Shown: positions 46,440 to 56,123 of the stretch, piece after piece
Layout of the letters: each line of letters begins with the position of its first letter
Position numbering within the stretch: position 1 is the stretch's first letter
IMG/VR virus record: IMGVR_UViG_3300021376_000006
DNA from: a virus
Lineage: Duplodnaviria; Caudoviricetes
Length of the DNA: 64,000 bases
Direction: 5' to 3' (one strand)
Translations under genes and position numbers: made by a program
The notes under the pieces: model-generated
What the model was told of the DNA's origin: nothing
Database searches by the model: none
What the model saw: the letters and a program-made list of their open reading frames with translations, nothing else

Positions 46440-47537
46440 TTACAATCTTCCTTGCACATTTGAAGTGGAAAATACTCCACGATTTACCAGTTTTATAAAA
46501 CCACTAGGTGTGTTTATAACAAAACCTTCGCCTTTGGGTACATCGTTTACATATTGCTCTACGCCTTGTACTTGCGGTTCTAATTGATCTAATATGGCTA
46601 ATTTTAGGTTGTAAATTGCGCCATACGCAGTATCCATTGCTTCCATAATAGGACGATTTTCTTCTGCTGCTACAATCGCCAATTGCGGTTTGGTAATGTT
46701 ATTTTGTAACCAAGCAGCATCTACTGCTTGTCCTGTATACTTTCTGTTATAATATTGCTGTAGTCTAGCGATAGTGGATTGCGTTAAACTGCCTAAAAAC
46801 GCATCCCCATTCAAAGCTTGGAAATTTCGCACCGCTGCTTGTGCTGCTTTGACTTGTTTCACTGGTTCTCTGAGTGCAAATTTCGTGCCCATGTCACCAG
46901 TTAAAACAGTAATATATTGATTGGTACCGCTCAAGCCGCCTAGACCTTTTAAAGAAGTTTTGTTGGTTAATTCAGTGCCTTTGGTTGTTTTTTCTACATC
47001 ATTACCGTAAGTGTGTACCGCCAACCCAAAAGGTCTGCCTTTGATTTGCGTTTTCCCTAACTCGCTGTCAGTTTTTACCTTGTATTTGACTCCATATGGA
47101 TTGGCATGAAAAACATAGTAACCTTGCTCTTGGTTAACCGGCTCAGTCCACATCACATCCCCTTGGACTAATCCGCTAAATCCTGCAGGTACTATGCTAG
47201 CCACAGCATCAAACATATCTGCTAGTTTTTGTCCCACATCCATGTTTTTTCCATGCTGAGCAAAGAAGTTTAATAACTCTTGTCCAGATGTAACTTGGCC
47301 GCCCGGCATGCCGATGTACTCTTTGTAGTTCATAGTAAACAGACCATCGGCTGGTCTACGACCAAATATAATAGCCGGGCTACCGTCCCATTTGATACTA
47401 ACAATGGTTGGGTTAGAAACCGCGGCGAGCATGCCTGTGACAGCATCTTGTGCTGCGGCGCTTCCGTTAAGAATAAAATCTTCAGGATGCGGAGTTCTTA
47501 TGCCTTCGGTAAGTGTTGTAATAAATTCTAGTAGCAT
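46440..47537 (-). CDS. Ligase-fold (KxDG) protein, DUF6267-like
   Basis: PHPED...SIKWDGSPAIIFG...GEGFV...IKLVNR resemble nucleotidyl-ligase motifs I, IV, V. Confidence 0.55.
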   Translation of the reverse strand: MLLEFITTLTEGIRTPHPEDFILNGSAAAQDAVTGMLAAVSNPTIVSIKWDGSPAIIFGRRPADGLFTMNYKEYIGMPGGQVTSGQELLNFFAQHGKNMDVGQKLADMFDAVASIVPAGFSGLVQGDVMWTEPVNQEQGYYVFHANPYGVKYKVKTDSELGKTQIKGRPFGLAVHTYGNDVEKTTKGTELTNKTSLKGLGGLSGTNQYITVLTGDMGTKFALREPVKQVKAAQAAVRNFQALNGDAFLGSLTQSTIARLQQYYNRKYTGQAVDAAWLQNNITKPQLAIVAAEENRPIMEAMDTAYGAIYNLKLAILDQLEPQVQGVEQYVNDVPKGEGFVINTPSGFIKLVNRGVFSTSNVQGRL

Positions 47538-48373
47538 TATACAAACTTGTTAGAAGTTTCTCTAAACCATGCTGCGGTTCCGGGCATAGGTGCTGCTTCT
47601 GGCAATTGAATGTCGCTTCTGGCTAGAGTTTCTCTAGCCGCTGCTACTAGCTGATCGTAATTGGGTCTTTTACTAACTGCATCTAGTATATCATCGGCTG
47701 TGTTTAACTTCGCTACAGGTATTCCGGTTAACTTGCTGATAGTGGCAGGATTTTTTCCATTTTCAACCGTGGTATTAGTTGCACGATCCACCAATCCATG
47801 TTTGTAACTGTATTTTAATCCCGGGTGTAATGTACTAACGATACTTGCTAACAGTATAGCACGACTTTCACCGGTAAATTGACTTCCTTCGCGGCCTCCA
47901 CGCATGGCAAATTGCTGCCATATTGGATCTCCGCTAAACATAAAATCTGTTTGTGCATACCCATTATCTGGATTACCATTAACGGGAGTCTTAAAATGCA
48001 CATTGTCTCCGGATTTTTCTATCCAATTTGTTTTATCTTTTGCAGTATTAGAAATTTGTTCATCGGGTATGCCTTGCTGTCTACACCATGCTGCTAATTT
48101 TGATATTAATTCTTCTTTGCTAACTTGTGTTTCATCTACAGATAAATCTAAGTCACCCGACGATCCTGGTTGCTCTTCTGTACCTTTTTTACGACCAGTT
48201 GTCCCCAGCCATTTTATAGGCACATTTTCTTCATCTCGATCTAAGGTAAAATCTAATCCAGTGATTTGTTCTAGCCAAGAGATTGTACTGGCAATTTCGC
48301 TAGTTAATATGCGTCTTGTCAACGGAGTTTTGTCGGCCTGTTTAAAAACATTACCGCCTTCGTTTATTTTCAT
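47537..48373 (-). CDS. Pol-beta-superfamily nucleotidyltransferase-like protein
   Basis: LGTTG...SSGDLDLSVD and downstream QTDFM third Asp. Confidence 0.6.
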   Translation of the reverse strand: MKINEGGNVFKQADKTPLTRRILTSEIASTISWLEQITGLDFTLDRDEENVPIKWLGTTGRKKGTEEQPGSSGDLDLSVDETQVSKEELISKLAAWCRQQGIPDEQISNTAKDKTNWIEKSGDNVHFKTPVNGNPDNGYAQTDFMFSGDPIWQQFAMRGGREGSQFTGESRAILLASIVSTLHPGLKYSYKHGLVDRATNTTVENGKNPATISKLTGIPVAKLNTADDILDAVSKRPNYDQLVAAARETLARSDIQLPEAAPMPGTAAWFRETSNKFV

Positions 48374-49125
48374 CTACGACCTCTCCTTGGTTTAGGAGGC
48401 GGTGGTATATTTTCCACACTGCCTTCTTTGTTAGCGTAATCATCTAGTACAGCGTAGTCGTCGAATCTAGCTCTAACAGGTACTCCTGTGGTAGGAATTT
48501 GATACCAATTTCCGTCTGGGTATTTGTAAAACGTACCAGCTGGTGTTTCGACTGCAATGCGCTCGTTGTCGGCCATTGGCTGGTCAACCAAGTTAATAGG
48601 TTCTTCTGGTTCATCAGGTATCGTCCTGCCAGGCGGAGTTCTTGATGGAAGCTGTGCTGGTTCGACAGTCTGGTCTGGCTGAGTTTCTGGCCCTCTAGCT
48701 TGTTGGGCTAAATCTTCAAATCTACCATTTTGTTTTGCTAGTTTTTCAAGTGCTTGTAACGATGTGCCTGATGCTATTTGTCTGTTACCGGCATCAGTCC
48801 AACGTCCCGATTTATCAGCATCTTGCGGTAAAGCAGGATACTTGTAGTAGAGTCTTTGATCTCTAGTGGTCACAACCAGACGTTTGCCCTGCGGCACCGT
48901 TGTACGAGACAATGGTTTGTCTTGAGGTCGATACTCATCAGTGGGCATGAAACTGGGCACGCCACTTGAGTGTTTTTGTAACATTCTTGAAAACATTCCT
49001 GGGCCACTGTCTGAGGTAGTTCTACCAGTGTATTCACCAGTTTCTGGATCCTTTTCAAAATCCCATCTGTCGTAAGGGTCTCTCACTCGAACTTCATCTT
49101 CAACTATTATGTCCTTAATCTTCAC
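48370..49125 (-). CDS. Pro-rich hypothetical protein
   Basis: GTG start with AGGAG SD, begins (M)KIKDIIVE. Confidence 0.7.
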   Translation of the reverse strand: MKIKDIIVEDEVRVRDPYDRWDFEKDPETGEYTGRTTSDSGPGMFSRMLQKHSSGVPSFMPTDEYRPQDKPLSRTTVPQGKRLVVTTRDQRLYYKYPALPQDADKSGRWTDAGNRQIASGTSLQALEKLAKQNGRFEDLAQQARGPETQPDQTVEPAQLPSRTPPGRTIPDEPEEPINLVDQPMADNERIAVETPAGTFYKYPDGNWYQIPTTGVPVRARFDDYAVLDDYANKEGSVENIPPPPKPRRGRR

Positions 49126-49363
49126 GTCGAAATCTCCTGACTCCGCGAGCAAACTTGGCAGGATCTTGTGCTCTAATGCTGTTAAGTAACCTACGTTCTA
49201 ATTCAGCTGCTTGTTCTGCATCGTAGTTTTCTTTGATATAATTTATCAAATTGATAGCACCCTGTATCACATGTCCAGCACGACTTTCCACTAAATTTTC
49301 CCTGTCTTTACCAACGGGCATATGGGCTAGTTCGTCAAGTATACTGCGGGTGCGTTTTTGCAA
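49115..49363 (-). CDS. Conserved phage hypothetical protein
   Basis: RSILDEL...ESRA.HVI.GAINL...RRLLNSIR..D..KF.RG. Confidence 0.7.
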   Translation of the reverse strand: MQKRTRSILDELAHMPVGKDRENLVESRAGHVIQGAINLINYIKENYDAEQAAELERRLLNSIRAQDPAKFARGVRRFRRED

Positions 49364-49393
49364 AATCTACTCCAATACTTGTTATTTACCGTA

Positions 49394-50032
49394 TTATAAC
49401 AAGTTACGGTAATTGAGTTTGTTGACTAGCATATCAAAATACATGCTATGCCCGGCCGGGCCATCATGTCCGTTCCATCCACATAAATCAAAATCTACTG
49501 GCTTTATACCGGTAATATTTTCCTGAAACCATATTCTACTATCATCAAACCAATTTAAAATTCTGGGTTCGTTTTTAACGTAATTAACAAAAGCATCTCG
49601 CATAGGTAGTTGATTATCGCTAAAATTTTTTCCGTTATTGATTATAAGAAATTGCTTGTTTCTTGCTTTAAAAAATTCTATCAGGCCTATTATATGTGCA
49701 TATAAAGTACACTCGATTGTTTCAAAATCTAATTTTTCAATCGCTTCTTTCGTTAATATATTGTGTAACGTATGACTATGTGGTGTAGTCAAGTCAAATC
49801 TAAATATTGTAGTAATATTTAAAATATACAACACTGGTAATTTAGGGTTTTCTAAGCAGTGCTGCATTGCTAATTTAAGCATCATGTCATTGCTACGCCC
49901 GGGTAAACTTTCGTTTACTATTTCTGTACACCCATAAAGTTTAGAAATTTTGTACCAATAATGATCTTGTATACTTGGGCACCATATTCCGTTGTTATAT
50001 GTGTGGCTGTCACCAAGATTGTATAAAATCAT
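49394..50032 (-). CDS. SGNH-hydrolase-like protein
   Basis: LGDSHT, NESLPGRSND, GHDGPAGH. Confidence 0.55.
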   Translation of the reverse strand: MILYNLGDSHTYNNGIWCPSIQDHYWYKISKLYGCTEIVNESLPGRSNDMMLKLAMQHCLENPKLPVLYILNITTIFRFDLTTPHSHTLHNILTKEAIEKLDFETIECTLYAHIIGLIEFFKARNKQFLIINNGKNFSDNQLPMRDAFVNYVKNEPRILNWFDDSRIWFQENITGIKPVDFDLCGWNGHDGPAGHSMYFDMLVNKLNYRNLL

Positions 50033-51456
50033 TCGGTTTTTGTTTTAAGGCTTGCCAGCATACTTTTTAGTCGCGAGCTGTCAACTGTAGCCTGAGCTGA
50101 TTTATCTAAGTCAAGTCCAGGTTTGGGTCGGGCTGCGACCATGGGGCTGGTTGTTGTGGTAGATGTTTTGATTTGATCAAGTATCTGATTACTTGTACGG
50201 AAACCTTGTCCGCCATTCTCACTTTGTGCATCCGGTCCAGGATCGGTAATACGCATGGTTTCGATATTGTATTCTAAATCCACTTTCATACCTACGCCAG
50301 TACTGCTACGACTTTTCATACATTGTATCTGATATCGACCACGCTCACGCATGGCTCGACTTGTAAAAATACCAAACACATTATCTGCTGTATTAATTTT
50401 ACTGATACCACCTGATATATGACTGTGATCAAATTCTACTTCTTCGACTGCCGATCGATTTAATTGACTTGCTGTTACCATTAACATGCCTAGTTCTTTG
50501 GCTAAATTGCGTAGTTCTTCACTGACATACTTGTCCTTTACAAACAAGTCATTGGGACTAACCTTGGCGCTTACTGGCATTAACAAGTCCAAGTAGTCAA
50601 TCATAATAAAGTCTACCTGTCGACCTGTTTGAATTTGATATTCTTTAAGATAAGAACGTATATCATTGATATTGCTTTGGGCAGGTAGGCCTTTAACTTG
50701 ATAAGTTCCTGCTTTTTTTCCTACCATTTTTACTTTTAGTGTGGTGGTATCAATATCCTTACGAATATCTTTAGTACTCATGTTAGACAACATGGCATCA
50801 GTACGCAAGCTGGTCAGTTCTTCACTCAGTTCCAGTGTAATATAAACGCCGTTCAATCCTGCTTGTAGCCAGTTTAGCGCAATGTTCATCATAACAAGCG
50901 ACTTACCTGATCCTGATCCACCGGCAAAGATGTTCAGTTCTCCTCTACTGAATCCACCATATAGCAACTTGTCAAGACTAGGCCATCCTGTGCTCACTTG
51001 CCCGCCTGAATTGAAATATCGGTTGATACGAGTAGCCGGATCAGCAAAATAGTCTGTACCCATGTCTTTGGTCAAACTGATCTGTACAGCATCTTTTATC
51101 AGTTTTTCTACAGGATCGAAGTCACCTCGTTCAATCATGTCCGCTGCTTTGAGAATAGCTCGCTCTAGTTCTTGCTTGCGACTAAATCCTTCAAACTCCT
51201 CTAGAAACCAATCATAGTGTCCGTCTCTGAGATCAGGAACAGATCGTAATTCTATACCAGTTGCAGCCTGTATCTGTTCTCTAGTAGGCAGGGTTTTATG
51301 ATCATCACTGTGTTTTTTTATAAACTTTGCAGCTTCCCGTAAACTTCTATCAAAATTTTCTGCATTGTAAATGTTCTGAACACGCACATAAGTTTCTGCG
51401 TCTTCCAACATCATTTCTAAAAATAATTTCTGTACTTCTGGATTATAATCTTTCAT
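50029..51456 (-). CDS. Replicative DnaB-like helicase (T4 gp41-like)
   Basis: GGSGSGKS, ITLELSE, IMIDYLDL, TASQLNRS, MKSRSS. Confidence 0.93.
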   Translation of the reverse strand: MKDYNPEVQKLFLEMMLEDAETYVRVQNIYNAENFDRSLREAAKFIKKHSDDHKTLPTREQIQAATGIELRSVPDLRDGHYDWFLEEFEGFSRKQELERAILKAADMIERGDFDPVEKLIKDAVQISLTKDMGTDYFADPATRINRYFNSGGQVSTGWPSLDKLLYGGFSRGELNIFAGGSGSGKSLVMMNIALNWLQAGLNGVYITLELSEELTSLRTDAMLSNMSTKDIRKDIDTTTLKVKMVGKKAGTYQVKGLPAQSNINDIRSYLKEYQIQTGRQVDFIMIDYLDLLMPVSAKVSPNDLFVKDKYVSEELRNLAKELGMLMVTASQLNRSAVEEVEFDHSHISGGISKINTADNVFGIFTSRAMRERGRYQIQCMKSRSSTGVGMKVDLEYNIETMRITDPGPDAQSENGGQGFRTSNQILDQIKTSTTTTSPMVAARPKPGLDLDKSAQATVDSSRLKSMLASLKTKTE

Positions 51457-52481
51457 GTTGTATATAGTTTTTTCTTTTTAAGTTGAATTTTTAACTTGCT
51501 TGTTTCTCTTGACGCTAATATGCTTTTTAACACAAACAATTTGCCGTATTGAACTACAGCGTCATTGATATCTTTACAGGTTTCCTGCCATACAGGAAAA
51601 CTTACTGTCCATCCTGCCTCAATCGCACGATCTACTAACTTTCTTCCTGCACGATCTGTATCTGGCACAACTATAACTTCACGCTGTAGCCTATCTATCT
51701 GTTCAACTTGCGTATCTGAAAATTCGGAACCATTAAGTGCCACACCATCCACGCTCATAGCGTCAAATGGACCTTCACATACTATGACAAATCGACTATC
51801 TGGCAGTTGATTATCTAAATTGAACACAAAATCTGCTGGATGACTTGACCAATATTTTGGTTTAATACCGTCAACGATAGCTCTTGCTGTATATCCTACT
51901 ATACTTTGCTTGTAATAAAACGGGATAATTATTCGTCGATGCAAATTGTATGCTTCTTCGGGTGTCCAGTAGAATTTATATTTGTCTATATCAATATTTC
52001 TACGATGTACATATTCAATTGCAGCAAGTAATTCTGCGGGCACATTATTGTAATCACCTATGCTGTAAAAATTAGCTAATTCAACTACATTCCTTGCTTG
52101 CTCAGGTAATGTTCTTGCCTCATAATGAATTTCTTCTTCTGGTACCTGCTCAAGCTCTTCAGGGGCTACAAGTTCTTTAAGTCTTACCGCCTCAATTACC
52201 AAGCGTCTTATTGTTAAATCATCAGCACCCAACCAGGCGAGTAATTTTCTAAACTTAAATGTAAGATGCCTTCCTGGCACATAACTGGCCTTGTAGCCAC
52301 AGTTGAAGCAATGATACGACACCGCACCTGCATTAGTTTTTATGCCACCTCTACCTCGAGCATCAGACGATTCACCATTGTGCGGGCAGCATACAGCATT
52401 GAATGATATCCAGCCATTCTGACCCGTTTTACGACGGGCAGGCAGTAGTTGCAAAACTGATTGCTGGATAGAGTCTAACAT
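51453..52481 (-). CDS. DNA primase (T4 gp61-like)
   Basis: Zn finger CCPH...HCFNC; TOPRIM VCEGPFDA, PDTD.AG, KDINDA. Confidence 0.92.
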   Translation of the reverse strand: MLDSIQQSVLQLLPARRKTGQNGWISFNAVCCPHNGESSDARGRGGIKTNAGAVSYHCFNCGYKASYVPGRHLTFKFRKLLAWLGADDLTIRRLVIEAVRLKELVAPEELEQVPEEEIHYEARTLPEQARNVVELANFYSIGDYNNVPAELLAAIEYVHRRNIDIDKYKFYWTPEEAYNLHRRIIIPFYYKQSIVGYTARAIVDGIKPKYWSSHPADFVFNLDNQLPDSRFVIVCEGPFDAMSVDGVALNGSEFSDTQVEQIDRLQREVIVVPDTDRAGRKLVDRAIEAGWTVSFPVWQETCKDINDAVVQYGKLFVLKSILASRETSKLKIQLKKKKLYTT

Positions 52482-52495
52482 ACTGCTATTGTATA

Positions 52496-53197
52496 TTAAT
52501 TTTTAACAGCGGCCAATCTTAATGATTGTAATACTCGAATATAAAACCAACCAATATCAAATTCAAACCACCGACGGCTTAAACGAGGACTAGCTGGATC
52601 CAAATGATGATTATTGTGTAATTCCTCGCCGCCAATTAATATACCAATGGGCACGATATTACGACTTTGGTCTCTGGTCTCACCGTTGCGATATCCCCAA
52701 AAATGTCCAATACCGTTAATTACTCCTGCTGCCCAGAAGGGTATCCAGATCATTTGTATACCCCATATTATGGCGCCCACCCAACCGAATAGTAAGATGT
52801 TGAACACAAGGAGAATAGTAATGCCAAGTCTGGAGTGAGGCGTGTATAACTTATGCTCAATCCAATCATTAGGAGTGCCAACACCGTATGTATTAACCAT
52901 GTCTTTATCTTTGCTTGCCTCATGATACAACAATGCTCCTTTAAGTAAAACATGCCAGATACCATAGTGTACTGGACTATGTGGATCTTCTGCTTGTTCG
53001 CAAAATCTATGATGCTTTCTATGAACCGCCACCCACTGTCGAGTGACCATTCCTGTAGTTAACCATAACCAAAAACGCATGGCATGACTGACCATGGGAT
53101 GAAATTCCACTGCTCTATGTGCCTGACTGCGATGTAGGTATAGCGTCACACAGTCTATGGTGATGTGTGTGACTAAAAAAGTGTATAGTATGATCAT
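52496..53197 (-). CDS. desA: Membrane fatty-acid (acyl-CoA delta-9 type) desaturase
   Basis: His boxes HRSQAH, HRKHH, HNNHH; EFDIGW. Confidence 0.92.
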   Translation of the reverse strand: MIILYTFLVTHITIDCVTLYLHRSQAHRAVEFHPMVSHAMRFWLWLTTGMVTRQWVAVHRKHHRFCEQAEDPHSPVHYGIWHVLLKGALLYHEASKDKDMVNTYGVGTPNDWIEHKLYTPHSRLGITILLVFNILLFGWVGAIIWGIQMIWIPFWAAGVINGIGHFWGYRNGETRDQSRNIVPIGILIGGEELHNNHHLDPASPRLSRRWFEFDIGWFYIRVLQSLRLAAVKN

Positions 53198-53230
53198 GTA
53201 ATACTTATTAATTTACGCTTATCACACAAG

Positions 53231-55615
53231 TTATCCTATATACCAATAAACCCCATCGGACCATACAGGGGCAACATTTGAGCCACCGCCACTGATTGTA
53301 GCACCAAAGTTGCCCGCGGCCGTAATGTTGCCATCTGACACAAAGGCCCTGGCTCCGGACACTGCTGTGAGGCTATCAAATGCCGCAGGAGATGTAATAG
53401 TTGTTTTTGCAAAAACATTGCTGACAGCTCTTATATTTCCTGTGACCATAAGATTACCTGCCTGCACATTGCCAGTGTAAGTGGTCAAATAGGCAGCGGT
53501 ATTTGCATTTGCTTGAGATACTATGTTATTGATATCATTTTGAAGGCTGGCAGCATTGGCATTGGCATATGTTTGATAGGCACTAAGATTAGCAGAAACA
53601 AAAGTAGCGGGTGGTAAAATTACGATGCTTCCAACCATACCGCCGTGTACGGAACATTGATACACGTAGGTGGAACCAACTAAATCAAAAGGAACTTTCC
53701 AATATAGTGTTCCACTGACTTTTCCTTGGGCACTAGAATCTGTGCTAACAGTTCCATCTGTTGCAACATGAGTCAGACCTGTGTCGTAATTTGAACCACC
53801 AGATGATACACGAATCATAAACGGGTGACCACTGACACTTAAAGCAAATGATATTGTTTCACCGCCGGTTACATAAATGGTTGGATTACTGCCAGAATAT
53901 TGGTCAAACAGATAACCCGAGGCACCGCTGTTTGTCACACTTAAACGTGAGACAGAAGGCAAGTACATTTGACTAGCTTGAGTGTTTGCATATGACTGAT
54001 AGGCACCAAGATTTGCCTGTATAGCAACTACGTTGGCATTTGCAAAAGTTTGATATGCATTGATTGTGTTAATTGATGTTGCTTGTGATGCTGCATTGGC
54101 ATTACTGAAAGTCTGGAAGGCACCAAGATTTGCCTGTATAGCAACTACATTGGCATTTGCAAAAGTTTGATATAAACCAATGTTTGCATTGATCAAATTG
54201 ATACTTGTGGCCTGTGTGGCTGCATTTGCTGTGAGACTATCTAATGATTGTGCTTGCGTAGCAGCATTTGCAATTAAAGTAGTTAACGAAGTAGCTTGTA
54301 CTGCGGCATTGGCATTTGCAAAAGTTTGATAAGCACCTATATTGGCATTTATACTGTCAATTGCAGCACCTTGTGTGCCTGCGTTGGCCTGCAAGGCAGT
54401 TATGTTTGTTGACGCCGTTCCTAAATTTGCATCTATATTGATAATAGATGCTCCTTGTGCGGCAGCATTGGTGGTCAAACTGTCTAAAAACTGTGCCTGG
54501 ACAGCGGCGTTACTCAATAAAGTTGTGATTGAGGTAGCCTGCGCTGCTGCATTGGCATTTGCAAAAGTTTGAAAAGCACCTATGTTTGCATTGATGCTGT
54601 CAATTGCGGTGCTTTGAGCAGCAGCGTTACTAACCAAAACTGTTAAACTAGATTCTTGACTGACTGCATTTGCAAGTAGAACGGTTAAGTTAGCAGCTTG
54701 CACTGCGGCGTTGCTTGTTAACTGTTGTAATTCTAAAGTTTGTGTTACGGCATTTCCCGACAATACATCTAACACACCTTGTTGTACGGCGGCGTTGCTC
54801 TGTAAACTAGCGATGGCCGTATTGGCCGCAGTTACATTGGCATTAACAGAAGTAATTAGACCAGCCTGTGTAGCAGCATTGGCAGTCAGTGCAGTAATTG
54901 CACCATTGGCAGCAGTTACATTTGCATTTACAAGATTTATACTTGTGGCTTGCACTCCAGCATTAGAAAATAAATTATTGATTTCGTTTGTTTGTGCAGC
55001 AGCATTGGCATTGGCATAAGTCTGATATGCACCCAAATTGGCTTGTATGGATACTACATTTGCATTTGCATAAGTTTGATAGGCACCTAAATTGGCCTGT
55101 ATGACCAAAACATTGGCGTTGGCAAAAGTTTGATATGCACCAATATTAGCATTCAAATTATTAATACTGGTTGCCTGCGTGCCTGCGTTGGCATTGCTGT
55201 ACACCTGGAATGCACCAACATTTGCACTAATTGTGTTGATGTTGGCAATCAATTGATCCAGTGTGGCAAATCCGGTATTGGCTGCAAAATTGTTTATTTG
55301 AATTTGTTGCGCTGCTGCGTTGGCTTTTAGACTGGTTATTTCAACATTGGCCGCAGTGATGTTGGCTCTTAGGCTGTCAGTTTGTACATTAGCTGCTGCA
55401 ACATTGGCATTCACTGGGCTTAGATTACCCGAGTCATTAATTTGTGTAACATTGGCCAATACATGACCGCCTGCAGTAACACCATCGTGTACCCTGACAG
55501 TATCTAAATCTGTATCAATGGTAATTTCGCCCACTAACCCAGTATAGGTAGAACTCACACTGGTATTGGCTCTTTTTAATAGTAAGTAGTTTGTTAAAGT
55601 TACATTGGCAGTCAT
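53231..55615 (-). CDS. Long tail fibre with Ala/Asn/Gln heptad repeats and cupredoxin-like module
   Basis: GEITIDTDLDTVRVHDGVTAGG N-terminus; repeated ANxGAYQTFANAN; GHPF...YQCSVHGGM. Confidence 0.8.
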   Translation of the reverse strand: MTANVTLTNYLLLKRANTSVSSTYTGLVGEITIDTDLDTVRVHDGVTAGGHVLANVTQINDSGNLSPVNANVAAANVQTDSLRANITAANVEITSLKANAAAQQIQINNFAANTGFATLDQLIANINTISANVGAFQVYSNANAGTQATSINNLNANIGAYQTFANANVLVIQANLGAYQTYANANVVSIQANLGAYQTYANANAAAQTNEINNLFSNAGVQATSINLVNANVTAANGAITALTANAATQAGLITSVNANVTAANTAIASLQSNAAVQQGVLDVLSGNAVTQTLELQQLTSNAAVQAANLTVLLANAVSQESSLTVLVSNAAAQSTAIDSINANIGAFQTFANANAAAQATSITTLLSNAAVQAQFLDSLTTNAAAQGASIINIDANLGTASTNITALQANAGTQGAAIDSINANIGAYQTFANANAAVQATSLTTLIANAATQAQSLDSLTANAATQATSINLINANIGLYQTFANANVVAIQANLGAFQTFSNANAASQATSINTINAYQTFANANVVAIQANLGAYQSYANTQASQMYLPSVSRLSVTNSGASGYLFDQYSGSNPTIYVTGGETISFALSVSGHPFMIRVSSGGSNYDTGLTHVATDGTVSTDSSAQGKVSGTLYWKVPFDLVGSTYVYQCSVHGGMVGSIVILPPATFVSANLSAYQTYANANAASLQNDINNIVSQANANTAAYLTTYTGNVQAGNLMVTGNIRAVSNVFAKTTITSPAAFDSLTAVSGARAFVSDGNITAAGNFGATISGGGSNVAPVWSDGVYWYIG
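54001..54173. repeat. Near-identical ~55-bp direct repeats inside the fibre gene
   Basis: AGGCACCAAGATTTGCCTGTATAGCAACTAC(G/A)TTGGCATTTGCAAAAGTTTGATAT at 54001 and 54118; degenerate copies near 54300, 54550, 55010-55140. Confidence 0.85.
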
Positions 55616-56103
55616 TATATTGTTCCTACATCAATTACAGCATTTGCACTGAAGTTCAACGGATCAGATTCATAGTATGCTGGTAGCACTTCTAAATCCA
55701 ATGGAACTCCATAATTTGCATCTGTATAAAGTGGACGTTCAGTATTGGTCGCCACAGTGATTAACTTTAGTGTTAATTTATAAAATCTTTGATCTAATGC
55801 AACTGTTACAGCTCGAGGAATAGTTACTGTGCCTTGACCTTTGCTGATATCAGTCATTGATACCGTAAAAGCATCAACGGCGCCTTGAATTAAAGGATCC
55901 TGTATTTGCATTTGTACTTGATATCCGGTCAAATTGACCGGTTTTTGATCTTGATTCAAAATTGAAATTTGTAAGGGATTGTCTATTCCCTGATAGATTT
56001 TAATTGGGCGACTGTACACGACTCTGTTCCTTGGTGAAAATACAGCAGGATCCCATAATTGGACCGTGACTGTATTCGGATATAAATAAGCTAGAATTTG
56101 CAT
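55615..56103 (-). CDS. BppU-like baseplate/tail adaptor protein
   Basis: IKIYQGIDNPLQI.ILNQDQKPVNLTG...GQGTVTI. Confidence 0.6.
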   Translation of the reverse strand: MQILAYLYPNTVTVQLWDPAVFSPRNRVVYSRPIKIYQGIDNPLQISILNQDQKPVNLTGYQVQMQIQDPLIQGAVDAFTVSMTDISKGQGTVTIPRAVTVALDQRFYKLTLKLITVATNTERPLYTDANYGVPLDLEVLPAYYESDPLNFSANAVIDVGTI

Positions 56104-56117
56104 TATCTTGTATTTAT
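56081..56117. promoter_or_regulatory. Overlapping divergent late promoters
   Basis: TATAAATA on + at 56081-56088; ATAAATA on - at 56111-56117. Confidence 0.7.
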
Positions 56118-56123
56118 TGAAAA

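Noticed and set aside
54001-54173. Diversity-generating retroelement template/variable repeat pair
   Set aside because: Both copies lie mid-ORF in the coiled-coil stalk, differ at one position, and no reverse transcriptase is in the window
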